Source: Camelus ferus
Lineage: Eukaryota
NCBI RefSeq assembly: GCF_009834535.1
Contig: NC_045698.1
Span: 5,830,001-5,894,000 of the forward strand
Direction: 5' to 3'
Length of the DNA stretch: 64,000 nucleotides
Numbering within the stretch: the stretch's first letter is position 1; the number at the start of each line of letters is the position of its first letter. The translations under genes were made by a program, and so were the position numbers. Positions 11,869-24,699 of the stretch are shown here, one piece after another. A model generated the notes under the pieces. That model ran no database searches and was not told where the DNA came from. It worked only from the letters and a program-made list of their open reading frames with translations.

Positions 11869-14800
11869 GAACAACTAGACTCATTCCTGAAGCTGAGGTC
11901 AAGCCTCTTATCAGAAAGAAGAAATTTTTAGTTACTTTTACTCGGTTTGCAAATTTCAAGAAAAGAACATGAAGTTTCTTTTGGAGACAAAATTTTTCTC
12001 CTTTGTGAGAATACAGGGGAATCGCACTTCAATCTCAAGAATTTCAGTTAGAAACAAAAAAATTTCAGTTAGAAACAGTTAATTGAAAGATCTCTTAATA
12101 AGCCACCAGCATAACCTGGATTAGAGGCTGCGTCTTTCATTGTTAACAGAAATAGGTGGTAAATTCCACAATCAAAGCTAGAATGTAAGAAGTATCTCAC
12201 GGCTTGTGCTCAAATGGGATTACTTCTTGCCCAAGATGCCACGGTCACATGCGTATTTTATAAGAGGGACATTTAATACTACGTCCCAAATGCAGAATGT
12301 GGGTGCTCCAAGGCAAGGGGCTTTAAGATTTTGCAAATTGATGAAGATGGAGAGGAAGTTCCTTTCTACTCCCACTAAATATGAAAAAAGATAACTTCCT
12401 GCCAGAGTCGTTCCATACAGGGGAACCTCGAGAAGGAAGCTGAGAAAACGGGGGAGGAGAGAAGACACGGAGGGAGAGGTGGGGACTAGGACAAGACTGC
12501 TCCTGAGTGGCGAAGAAATTCAATGAGCCAGGTTTCAAGTCAGAGCTGCTCTGAGCTGCTGAATGGGCTGAACACAAAGTTTTATCATTCTATCTTTCTT
12601 CACATGACCCAGTGGCTTATTAAACATGCGCTGGGTTGGGAGTGAGATCTGGGAGTGAAGGGGAGAGGGGAGAAAGGGAGACTGCAAGAATAAACAAGAG
12701 AGGTGAGAGAGCCCTAATGAGTTGAGTTGAATTTACATGTAATGTTGGCAGCCACCATTGTGGTTACTAATTGTTTTTCTATGAAAAAAAATCTCAATTT
12801 TCCTGACACCTGAAATCTCAGAATTTATCACTTCTTTAGCCTAAGATTTGTACAGTAGGAAGGAGCAACATGTTAATCAGTGGGTTCATTTTCTGAGGTG
12901 ATTTTATTTGTTTTAAGTCCTGATGGCTCAGAAGGGCTGAAGGAATGAAATACCGTTTCGGTGAGGGAGTCGTCTGGGACTTCAGGGACAGCTGCGGAAA
13001 GCAGAGGTGAGGGCATGATTGGGACCATCCCTAAGCCTCATATGTACTACTTCCTCAGTCCTGACTCTAAGGAGAAGCGGGAGGCTTAATCAAGATATAA
13101 GGTTACAGACCAGCTCTGAGGGAAAACACCAAACCGGCCTCACACCCACTGCTTTAACACCTTCAATACACCTAGCAGAGGCCTTACAGAGCCTCCCCCC
13201 AAGAGGACTCCATTTCCTACCCCAATGTGAAAACTGGTGCAAGTAAACCCTACCAAGGTGAGCGAATGGTCCCTTACAATAATGGTCATCTCAAAGGGCA
13301 AAGCACCTCATTAACCTGGCTCCTTAAGGAGAGTAAACCATGGAACATCTAAGAAAAGAGGCACAGAATTAAGAAATTAAATAGCAATAATTACTAGCTC
13401 CTGTAACCTAAAGACGCCACAAGGGACACTTAATGTCCTTTATAGAATCCATGTTATGGAAGGTGAGGAATTCTAAGGAAGCCCAACTTGCAAAGAACAA
13501 TTTAATAGCCTAATAAACATCCTGAAGGAAAAGATGTAAAATAGAAGCAAGTTATTTCCCTATGAAAACAGCGTAAAATGACCACTGAATGTGTTAGACT
13601 TCGGTAATTTAACCATTTAGGACTTCTCCCAGTGTAACTGCGTAACCAACTCTCTAAAACGCCCTGTTTGAAATGCCTTCTCAAACAAATCATTTGAAAA
13701 GGGGTGCAATTTATTTACCTACAAATCCTCAGGCAACGGAATCCATGATTAGCAACTGAGTCACTGTTACAAGTCGTTTTGGGAAATTAAAAGTTTTCAT
13801 CAATTTTTGCATGATTTACTCTCCTTTTCCTTAAGAGCAGCTCCATATTTTCCTGTAATAGTGACACATTTTTTGAAATAACATAGTTTTTTGAAAAATT
13901 AATAGAATGGCAGTAAGTAAGGTTCAGTCTGAATCCTGAATTAACCTCCCTCATTTTACAGTCTAAAGTTGGCACTGTCTGCTGTAACAGACAGATGAAG
14001 AGACTGGTTTTCAGAGGCTGGAGGTGATAGTGTTTTCCCAGGAGGTTCACGGGGTGGGATGTGAGAGAGGAGGAGAAAGAAAAAGAAGAGCGTCTGCTCT
14101 TCTGGCGAGTCTTAGCCCTGTCAGACAGGCCACCAGCCCATCTGGGGACCTCTAGGGGCGATGCTCCTCTTCCTCACCATGTCTGCTTCCCACTAGGCAT
14201 CTGGGTCCATCCACAGAGAACGTGTATGTCCCTCCCAACAATGACCCGCTGGGCATGGAGCAAAACAAGAAGGCGGAGCTGCCACTCTGGGTGGGAGAGC
14301 CCATCGGGACCCGGTGCGCGCCCTCCTGGGACGGTCGGCGTGGCTTGGCTGGTGCTGCTGTCCCTGCAGGCTCTTATTCCAATAGGAAATCCCTCTGCTG
14401 AGGGGCTGGGGTCAGGAGTGAGTGGGGGGAACAGGGGAGAGGATCATGTGGTAGGCGCAGGTTCCTACAAGTCGTGGAAGTTTCCTCTGTGGAGGTTTAA
14501 AAAAAAACAAACAAAAGCTCAGGGAAGGCAAAGAAAGGAGTTGGGGTGCACAGTTAGGGGCCGCACGGCACAAATGAGGGAGCCCCTGGGAAAGGTCAAG
14601 GGGAAAGTCATCTTTAGCAAATAGACTTTAAGCTCTTTTTTCATCTTTGGCAATTTAACTCTCCATCCCCAATGAGATGGGGCTGACACGCCCTGTATGA
14701 TGTGGCCGTGTCACTGGTGACCTCCTCAAAGGAAGCTCCTTTTGAAATTGCAGGATCATCATGAGAGAAACTGTGGTCCGAGGGTTGCATGCAGCAGTGT

Positions 14801-15384
14801 GATGAAGGCGTCCCACAGGGGTGCCCAAGAGACAACTGCATGCATCTCTGTGTGCAGCCTGGGCTCAGTCATGTCATGCTGGTGGCTTGAGAATGAGTGC
14901 AGTGGGAGTGTTTACACAACAGAAACAGGAAACCACTGAACATCGACTCTGTCTTTCTACCTCTCTCTTTTGCTGCTTTTCCCCCCAGAGAGCCCGTTTA
15001 CAAGCACACCACTGGTGGTGTGTCCTTACTTCCTTATTCATTGTGAAGAAGCTGGTGGCCTTCAGGTAAACAGTGTTGGATATGGGGCACAGGACAGACA
15101 ACCAAAGAGCATCAGTGAAGTGAACAGTCTGGGAGCAGTTGTAAGACAAGAACCAGGGGTGGAGGAGCTCCTCCAGGGGGAAAGGAGATGCCTCACGATG
15201 AGCTGCACAAGACCGAAGCAGAGATGGGGGGGAGGGACTTTGGGGTAGAGAAGACGGCAGGACCAGCTGGGCATGGTGAATCACGGGAAGAAAACAGAAG
15301 CCAGTGCAAGACAGAAAAGCCAGCTGACTTGGTGTCTTTCATGATAGAGATTCCACTCAAAGGTGCTCTTCCTGAACGAGATAT

Positions 15385-15520
15385 CAACATGTATTGAGCA
15401 CCCATCATGGGCCAGGTATTCTGCGATGTGTTGGGAACAGGATGGTAGCGCACGTAATCTCCACCTTCATGGAACCAGTCATCAAGCAGGAGGGAAACAG
15501 GTAATAAAATACTTAGTTAT
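15385..15520 (-). mobile_element. L2 3' fragment
   Basis: tattgagcacccatcatgggccaggtattctg resembles the antisense L2 tail. Confidence 0.55.
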
Positions 15521-15639
15521 AAATGACTTAAAAACTACAAAGACACAACAGATCCTCATGAAACGTCCACCAACTTCCTCACCACCCGCAGCTCCTCATC
15601 ATTTAGCTCCAAGTATGCAGAGGTTGGAGATAGGCTCAC

Positions 15640-15860
15640 GTAGTGGAGACCCAGGAGAAGACTCTGAGAGAAACTGCCTTGTAGCCTGGCTCAGCCAGAC
15701 CCGGCCATGCCTCTTTGGCAAGCCCACGTTCACATCCAGCTCCTATTCTTAAAAATCGGTCTAACAATATCTACTTTGCAGAATTGTTGTGAAAATAAAA
15801 GCAAATGAATGGGATGTACCCTGTAGGGCACCTGAGATACATTAGCGACTCAATAAACCA
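15640..15860 (+). mobile_element. MIR SINE
   Basis: Core-like taaaaatcgg...aatatctactttgcagaattgttgtgaaaataaa and tail cgactcaataaa. Confidence 0.65.
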
Positions 15861-18069
15861 CAGCTCCATTGTTAGTTTAGAACAGTTTTTCCCTGTCCCG
15901 CTGATGTCTTGTGACCTATTGTCTTTAGTGACAGAGACGAAGGACGAGGAACTGATAAAAACGGGCTAGGATCTAGGGGCTATCTGCTCAAACGATTTAA
16001 GCCAACGTTGAGGTCTGGTCTAGGCAAGAGGACTTGTGCTTTAATCAAAGTGTATTTTCAGAAAGAACTCCCTGATTATTAGGGCAGATAGCTGACTTTC
16101 TGTTGGTTAATATTGGAAAGAAGACAATAGGTATTTACTTTCCTGCATGATTTTATAACTGAGCCTGATAAGTCTTTAAAGACTTTTCTGGAATTACAAC
16201 ACAAAGTTAAGACCTTATTTAAGATCTTTAACATCCGTTCCCGGACATGCTGACTGTGCCAGGAGCGGCTCACTGACCTGAATGAATGTTTTATTAAAAC
16301 TGTCCCCAGCCACCTTGTTGGAGGAAATTGTGCCTAAGGAAGTATGGTTTTATACGCTTTCTTATGAAGTCGTGAAAGGAACAAAGGATGATATATGGGG
16401 CACAAATCAAAAGTTCATGAGAAAAAGTCCAGGAGTCAGGTCTCACCTTTTAGATGCTGTGAAGAGGTAGGAGTTAGAACATGTAAAATTACGTTTCTTC
16501 CCCTCTAACGTAGCTTTTTTTTTTTTTGTTCCTGTGTAATGCTTCCTTCTTAATATGTTCATAGTTATCATACTGATTTTTAAAACTGATTTATTAAAAT
16601 CTTTCTGTAAATCTCAGACCCCAGTGGTTACTGCAGAGGACTTGTTTGAAAACGCAGGTGAGACCTCCCTGATGATCCCCAGATACACTTGGTGGAGACT
16701 TTGTGAAGTCCTTAAACAACATTGTCAAACATCTACATGTCTATATCTTTACTTCCAAATTCATAACATATTGTACAAATTATGCTTTATTTTTGCTAAA
16801 CATTTCACACGAACATTGGCATATGTATTAAACGACCCTGAATATTCCAAAAAAGCAAACAAACCACGTTGTTATGACTTGCTAGTCATTGGACTCCACC
16901 CCTCTCAAGACCCACAGAACTACAAGACTGACCCGTTGGCTGAGGGCTGACCAGCTCTAGAGTCAGCCTGACCAGGGTCAGCAGGATGCCAGGGACCCCA
17001 CGGGCCCTGGAAATAGCCACAGTGCCCCGAGTGCGGGGCCCAGCATGACCCCGGCGAGCGCTGTGTCCCGACACGCCACCCAGCTGTGCTTCCCCTCTTA
17101 TCCTGGAGACATTTTCCAATTCACCCATTTGATCAGTGGAGCTTATGCTGCGGTTTCCTGATGAACACATTACACCCCCGGCAGCTGAAGGAGCCCATCC
17201 TGACCGGCAGCCCATTCATTCTCCTGCTCAGCTCTTAACAGCGCTACTGCTGGGCTCCAGACCCACATTCCAAACCCCCTGGGGTTGAACTCCAATCCAG
17301 AAGAGCCTTGTACCGCTGACCCTCTGGCTCTTCCTGAAGAAGTCTCTGGCTGTACCCTCTCTGAACATCGCCCTGCGGGCACTCTGCAGTGGGCCAATAT
17401 TCTTGCCTTTCCTCACTCAGGCTCCTCTAGGCCCAGCACAACCTCCTTCCAGACCCCCCTTCTCTCCTGGCTCATGCTGCTGGGTCTCGGCATCCTTAGA
17501 GTGAAGCCCACCCTGGTCAGGGCGCAGGACTCGGTCCCTGGAGGCAGAGGCTGGGCAGCTGCACAGGTACCCAGGGAGGGCGCACATGGCTTTGATGGAC
17601 TGCATCCCGAGGCAGCAGACAGGGGCAACAGCGAGAAACATGGCAGGAGGTGCCCCTTGCCCCACACCTGTCCTCCCGTGTGCCTTTTCGTCGGTCCCTC
17701 CCACCTCATCAGTAACTGTATCCCCAGGGGCCTTGGCAGGGCCGCTGCCTTTGCATCCTACCCCTTCGCTCTTTACTTCCAGCAAGCCAACCCCCAGCAG
17801 GCCACTCAGGGGCCGCTCTGGGACGCGGCCTGGCTGCAGGTCTCACGTCTCTCACCAGACAGCCTCCTTAGCCTGTTGCCGCCTGTGCCTCCCTGTCAGG
17901 GCCCTCTTCCTACATGTGGCCAAGTCACCTTCCATCAAAATCAGACCGTGCTCCTCCTTGGTGGAAACCTTCAGTTGCTGAGCCACTGAGATCTAAACTC
18001 CTCTGTGGGCCCACAAGCACCTTTACCCTCACAGTTTGTTCCCAGTCTGCACCATGGCCTGCCATCCCA

Positions 18070-18410
18070 TTGTTAGATTTCTAACAAGAACAGTGACTCA
18101 AATGACAAAGATAACTCTTGCCTGTAAGAAAACTCAGAGACAGGCAACCCAGAGGTGGAAGTGTGATTCTGTTTCATGAAATGCTTGGAGAGTCAAGCTC
18201 CTTCTCACTGCTCTGCTAGGCCTCACCCTCATGCTCCAAGGTAACGGCTACAGCTCGAGCTTTCACATCTGCATTCCAGGCAGAAGGATGGAGAAAGGGA
18301 TAAAGAAAGGGTACAGGACTCAGGTTGGCTGTCTTTTAAGGGAGTTTCCAAAAACTGGTATCTAAGCTTCATCAGACAGGGAGGCTGGCAGTTCTGGACA
18401 TTATTCTGGG
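18070..18410 (-). mobile_element. MLT1J/K-like LTR
   Basis: aaggtaacggctacagctcgagctttcacatctgcattccaggcagaagg is the antisense MLT1 central motif. Confidence 0.6.
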
Positions 18411-19116
18411 ATTTCTGTTGCTACAGAATAAGTGGGACAGAGAGCAATTGTGGCCACGCCCACAAACCTTCAACCACTGAACTTGTTACCACGCCCCCAA
18501 ATTCGACACCCTTTGTGCGTCTCATCTTTGCCAGCACCAATATCTCCTTCTGGAATTTTCCTTTCTTCCTTTTTGGCCTAAAAAAATAAATCCTTTCATC
18601 CTTCATGAGGACTCAGCTCATATTTTCCCTCTTTAGTTAGCATTTGCTACATTTCAGATGCTGTTCTAAGAACGGTGCGCACATTAATTCACTTCTCACG
18701 GCTCCCTCATCAGCCCCGTTGACAGAAGATGCAAAGGAGTCACGAAGAGGCTACAAAGGTTGTGCAATGTCACAGAGCCGGTCCCTTGCCCACCACACCT
18801 CACTGCTTCTCTTTCAGTCACACCCTCCTCAGTGGTCCCCCAGCACCTGTGGGGCTCCTGTGACTGTGGCAGTGACAGCATTCGCCTTCTGCACTACACT
18901 TCACTTGGGTGCCACTAACCTGCAAGTTACTGAGTGAAGATATATATATACACACACATAAGTTTTACCTCCAGTGCCCAGCCCAGTGTTCAAACAGTTG
19001 TATACTGTAGAAATTATTTCCTTTATTTCTTGATAGGACTGTAAACAACCTGGTTCACCTAGATATTCCTAGAGCTGCCGTGGAGAAGTACAGACAAATG
19101 TCTGGCTTGCACACAA

Positions 19117-19153
19117 GTGTGTGTGTGTGTGTGTGTGCGTGCATGCGTGTGTG
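19117..19153. repeat. (TG)n microsatellite with TGCG/TGCA interruptions
   Basis: Read directly. Confidence 0.95.
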
Positions 19154-19959
19154 TTTATGTCCAGGGAATGAAACAGCAGTCTAGGAAGATGCAAGAGGAA
19201 CTTCCTAGAATGACGTGGACCCTGTGACAGAGCTGTGTGCAGGAAGGGAAAAGGACTTCTCAATCCAGGGGAAGAACAGGGGTCGGAAACCGCCTACCCC
19301 TAACTTCCTGCTGGGTGGGCCCGCTGTGCTAGCTGCTGGGTCCCAGAAATGAGCAGGGTCACAGCCAAGACAAGAGAGGCCAGTGAATCCAACAGAAACA
19401 ACAGGGCATGCAGGGAGAAGTTAGCACACCTGTGGGAAAGCCTGAGAGGGAGGCGTCAACTCTAAGAGATGACATCCGCCCGGGGCTTCAGATGGAGCAC
19501 CAGTGAGGGCTTCGGACTGCGGTCAACACAATCCCGCTCTGGCCAAGAAACAAAACAAAACAAAACAAAGAGGAATGTACAGGAAGGCTGTGAGAACACA
19601 GAAGGTGCAAGTGGAGCAGCCATGTTCCTGAGAGACCCGGGAGCCCCTGCCAGGCTGAGCGCTCAGCCACGAGGGAGAGTAGAGCGGCGTGTCCGCGAGG
19701 CGCCAGCACCAGGTGCGTTAGCTGTGGGGGTGACTAGTGTCTGTGCCTACGATTCTCTGCTCAAGGACGCTGAGTGGTGGGCCTGCCTTGAGCACCGCCC
19801 TTGGCAAGGAAGGGCATCTCACCTTGACTGACCGTCACCCAAACTGCACACAACTGTAGCCGTCTAGTGTCCAGAGCAAAATTGGGCTGATCTTCTCTCA
19901 AGAATTGAGGGTGCATTTTAGCCAGGGGGACACGTCTGCTATTCACTAGGGATGGGAAA

Positions 19960-20345
19960 GATTTCTGCCGACCAGTGAGCAGGATGTTATTCTAGCAACA
20001 GGAGAGCAATGTGCAAAGAAACAGAGATGAGAAACCGCAGGTGACAGGAAGGGGATGGTAAGCAGACCAGCTTGGCCAAAGCCAGAAGGTGATGGGGCTG
20101 AAGTAGTAATTGGGTCAGAATCCGGAAACCACCTGAATTCTACACAAATAAGTTAGATGCAACTACATAAGCAGAGAGAAGTCACTAAGGGAATCTGACG
20201 TGCAGTGGTTCAAGGTTATTTTGAAAGATCTTTCAAAATAGAACCAAGCGATGTAGGGCTGGTAACAGGAAGATCAATTAGGAAGCCACTGCATTGCTCA
20301 AGAGAGATGTAATATGGACTTAAGACAAGTTAGTGTCAATGGGAG
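19960..20345 (-). mobile_element. L2 fragment
   Basis: tctagcaacaggagagcaatgtgcaaag; caggaagatcaattaggaagccactgca...agagagatg. Confidence 0.6.
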
Positions 20346-20914
20346 ATGACACTGAAAATAACTGTCTTTTTGAAGGGGGAATTTAAAATTGTTGTCTTCT
20401 CAAGTGAAGCCACTCCTCTGTTGCCCAAATTCAGAGCTGCCTCATCCAGCCACACAGTCTGTGCCTGGCCAGGAAATGAATGGCTCCCCTAAAGCCATGG
20501 GACAGGGCAGCCTTGCTCAGAGGGTCTGAAATACGCAGGTAAATAAAGACCCACCACTTTCTCACAGAGACCTCCAGCAAGAGGAGAAGTCAAAAAGTCC
20601 CAGCAAAACAAGGAGTGGAAACAAACAAACAAAAATATACTGGAAACAGGCAAGGAGGGACCAGCAAACGAGGGACAAATGAAGTTATAAGAAGGATTTT
20701 ACACTCGGAGGATGATGGATCTTGAGCTACAGATAGAAGGAGAGATGGACTGTCAGAGGCAGAGCAGCTGCAGAAAGAGGAAATCAGTTGTGCATGTTTA
20801 ATTTAACAGTTCAGGAAATCCAGTTACGATTTTCACCCAAGCATAGTGGCGTGCCTTGCTATTCTCAAGAAATTATTTCCTTTTAAAAGTTCCCGTGGCT
20901 TGACTGTATCACTG

Positions 20915-21377
20915 TGGGATGGCGACCCTCCAGCCATTCTCAGTCTGTTTCTCCCATCCCTGCTTCCAATCACTGCAGCCAGTGAGCCAGGCATCTTCCC
21001 TGCCAACACCCTGCTGCTAGGAATGTGAGGCCCAGCCACATGGATCTGACAGGCAGTCCTCTGGGGGCTTGTGGGAAAGACGTCTCCTTCTCTATAAAAT
21101 AGAGGAGCTGTCTCACAGCCCTGGCACACCTGCTCTCTGCCCTGGCATGCTGTTATGTGAGGACATGACACCTGGAATTGTAAAAGCCACTTTGCCACCA
21201 CGAGAGAGAAGCAGGTGAATCATAGGGACTCTGACTTCGGTGCCGTCATCGTGGGGGCTGAGTCAACTTGGAACCACCTGCCTTCTCATTAAATAAGCAG
21301 CATATGTTCTTCTGGTTTAAGCCACTGCCAGTTGGACCTTCTGTTACCTGCAGACGAATGTATCCTGAGCTGATACA
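20915..21377 (+). mobile_element. MLT1J/K-like LTR
   Basis: gtgaggacatgacacctggaattgtaaaagccactttgccacca and 3' end tttaagccactg...tctgttacctgcagacgaatgtatcctgagctgataca. Confidence 0.75.
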
Positions 21378-21589
21378 GCCCCAAATGAAGGGTATAAACT
21401 ATGCACTGCTGGTGTCGCAAGTACTTGAATTTGTACTGGTCTTATCCACCCCCTGATGACTGCATGGCCCCCAGGCAGTACAGGAACATTGTGCACTGAG
21501 CCGTTCTGCACTATTACCTCCTGGAAAAAACGACGCATATTTATAGAACTGATGAATAATTATGATAATAAGTAATTATCACAACATGT

Positions 21590-23235
21590 TTACTAACAAA
21601 ATAAACGTGAACTGTGAATCTATAATTAGCTACCAACAAAAATATCTTTCAAAATTTAAGGCAAAATAAAAACAAAAAAAAGAACAAATAGAAAACAAAC
21701 TTTTAGGGAAAAAAAGCTGAGAGTTATCATCAGAAGGATTTCACTGTAAGAAATACTAAAGAAAAGTTTTCAGAAAGAAAACAAATGGTACAAGACACAA
21801 AAGAATAAAGAACACTGAAGACTGAACATAGGGATAAACGCAGGTAACATTTTTTCTTCATTTTAAAATATCTCTAAAAGATCACTGTGCAAAGCAAAAA
21901 TAGTAACATTTTTAGGATGTGGGATTTGTAACACATGCACAAGTGAAATATATGAATACAATGACACAAAGAATGGAAGAAGAGAAATGGAAACATTGTG
22001 TTGTAAAGGTTTAAAACTATAGGTATGGTGTTATTTGAAAGTAGACTGTAGTCAGTTAAAATGTACATTATAATATCTGAGGAAATCATTAAAAATAAAA
22101 TTAAGAGTTAGTTAAAATACCTTCAATGGTGTTAAAATGGAATTATGAATAATGCAAGCATTATAAAAGAATTCAGAGTCAGGATAAGAGAAAAGTAGGG
22201 AAAAAAGAACATATGAATAAAATAGAAAACAAATATCAATAAGGTAAATATAAACCCAACATTTATTAAAATTATAGTAAATTTTAATGATCTAACAGTT
22301 TAAGGAAAAGATGCTATTTTCCTATTAGATGAAAATCAAGACACAACTATATGTTTTCAACAGGAAACTCACCACAAATATAAGGACAAAAATAGGTTAT
22401 AAGTACATGAATAAGAAATGTGTACCAAACACTACTCAAAAGGCAGATAGCTATATTGATTTCAGTGTAGCTTTTAGAACAAGAATTCTGAGGACTGGAA
22501 GGGACATTATCTAGGCTGGAGGGGTCAATTCAATAAGAAGATATGATAAATGTGTATGCACATCTCAGCGGGGCTTTGAAGTACGAGAAGCAAACACAGG
22601 TTGGACTGAAAAGAGAAATGGACAAACTCACAATGAGAGCTGGTGGTGTGACGCTCATTTCTCAGAAATTGACAGAACAAGTAGAAAACCAGTGAGGATC
22701 TAAAGAACATGAACAACACTATCAACCAACTGGATCTCAATGACGTTTATAGAAAATTCCAACCAGGAACAGCAGAAGGCACATTCTTTTCAAATGCCAT
22801 GGACCATATTCTGGATGACAAAGCAGGTCTAAGTAATTTTAAGTGAATAAAATAATACAAAGTTGTATAATGAATAATTAAAATTAATAATTTTCATTTA
22901 TTGGATTATTAATTATTAAAATAGAGTTCAGTAACAGAAATATCTGGAAAAAAATTCCAACATATTTGTACATTAATCATCATGCTTATTAATAACCCTG
23001 AGGACAAAGAAGAAATCAAAATACATTACAATTTATGTAATGTAGCGAAAGCAGTGTTTAGAGTGAAATTTACTGCCCAAAATTCTGATTTTAGAAAAGA
23101 AGAAAAGTCTCAAGTGGATGATTTAAGTCTTTGTCCTTGAAAGATTTAGAAAGAAAAGATTAAATTAAAGCAAAAGTAAGCAGAGAAAGGTAATAATAAA
23201 AAGCAGATAAATCAATGCTTTGAAAGTATATGTGA
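21590..23235 (+). mobile_element. Old L1M fragment (ORF1 end, spacer, endonuclease region of ORF2)
   Basis: aaaaatatctttcaaaa..aaggcaaaataaa; ctgaaaagagaaatggacaaa; atgaacaacactatcaaccaactggatct; aaagcagtgtttagagtgaaattta. Confidence 0.85.
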
Positions 23236-24699
23236 ATTAGCAACACAGGAGAACTTGCTTTTCTAGTCATAGCAGCAAGTACCGGTTCATTCAGAAGTGA
23301 ACAAGGTGGGCTTCGGGAATTGCCCAAAAACAAGTGCCTAATTTGGAGGGGACATGAAATGAACAAAAGGGCTCATCAAATGCTCCCTGGGTAATCTGTA
23401 ATCCACTCAAACTCTCAGAAGTGTCACAATAAAGTTCTGACATTGACAGGTCGATGTGTTTGGAAAAAAGCATTCTCTAATTTGTTTAATTTCAAGCAAG
23501 TTTTTAATTTTAGGAGAGTGAATTTAATTACTCATTTTATAATGGTTAAAAATCTGGCATCTTTAAAAACAGGGACTGTTTGTTACACATGTTGCTTAAT
23601 CTCACTTCACCTTGTCAAACTCATGGTCATTTAGCTGAAACTCTTAGGACTGAGAAAACTGTCTGTGTTGTTTCCTTAAGTAAATTTGGGGGATTTTGGT
23701 TGTCATCAGGGAGTGTTTTATCATGGTATTTATTAAATACACACATGCACACATACACACTTCACTTTTACAACAGGAAACCTCTTGTAATTGAAAGTCT
23801 TTGCAATTAATTTTGCAGAGACTATTCTAGGAAGACATTAAAAATAGAATATATCCTCCTTTTTTAAAGCCAATGAAAAATGTACTACACTCCCAACACT
23901 ATAAATAAATATTTTGTAAAATTCTCCAGTTCTCAGCTTCAAATTATAATTTCTAGAGACTGTAGATGATTATTTATATATCCTAGAAGCAGATTTTTGA
24001 TGGATTATCTTCTATAATCTATCATTTTTCTTTTCTCCCCATCTGTGTCATACATCATTTTTATACTTGACTGCAGAATTTCTGATGCTAAATTTTAGAA
24101 AATGTATAGTTTTGTGGCCATCTGCTATACCACATGATCGTGTGTACTGATATTACCTCTTTCTCAAGACACTCAAACTTCTTTAACAAAATTTGACATT
24201 TTCACTATGACAGTCTTTCATATTTACAGGCTCTTCACTGTGATGTTTCAGAAAAACTGAAAGCAAATTTTGCATTTCTGTTCTCATGAAGGTGGATGAT
24301 CATGTTTTATCTCAGATAATCACAGATCATTTCCCTTGCAGAGGAATATTTGGAAATATAAGTGATTGCATTTAGAAACAACTGCACAATTACAGAGTTT
24401 GTTTTGTGACCTTTTCAATGAAGCCAATATCATTTGTTGCCTTAGTGGTGACCTGTCTCATCAAAATCTTTAGATCATCTCCACCAGATACCATGTAAGC
24501 ATAGAACACAATCAAGAAGGAAGAATGTTTCTGCTAATCAGCATGTGAGTGACTTTTCTCCAACTGTAAACCTCATAAAAGAAGGAAAGGGAAGGGAAAA
24601 AGAAAACTGGGGAGGGTTTCCCACCCACCTCCCCTAGACTTGGGGATCTGGGGTTGGGGGGGCTTCAAAGGAGGAGGGTGGTGAGGGGGAGGGGGATGA

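Noticed and set aside
14148..14162. CTCF-like cctctaggggcga (also near 41078 and 57185)
   Set aside because: Each lacks a core base or has core mismatches
14262..14295. KKAELPLW resembling GINS3 KLELPLW
   Set aside because: Only a short motif; the surrounding residues do not match
14061..14624. 187-aa ORF
   Set aside because: GTG start, runs through an A-run, and shows no recognisable homology
17285..17989. Longest ORF (234 aa)
   Set aside because: TTG start, no recognisable domain, and overlapping ORFs in several frames, as expected in GC-rich non-coding DNA
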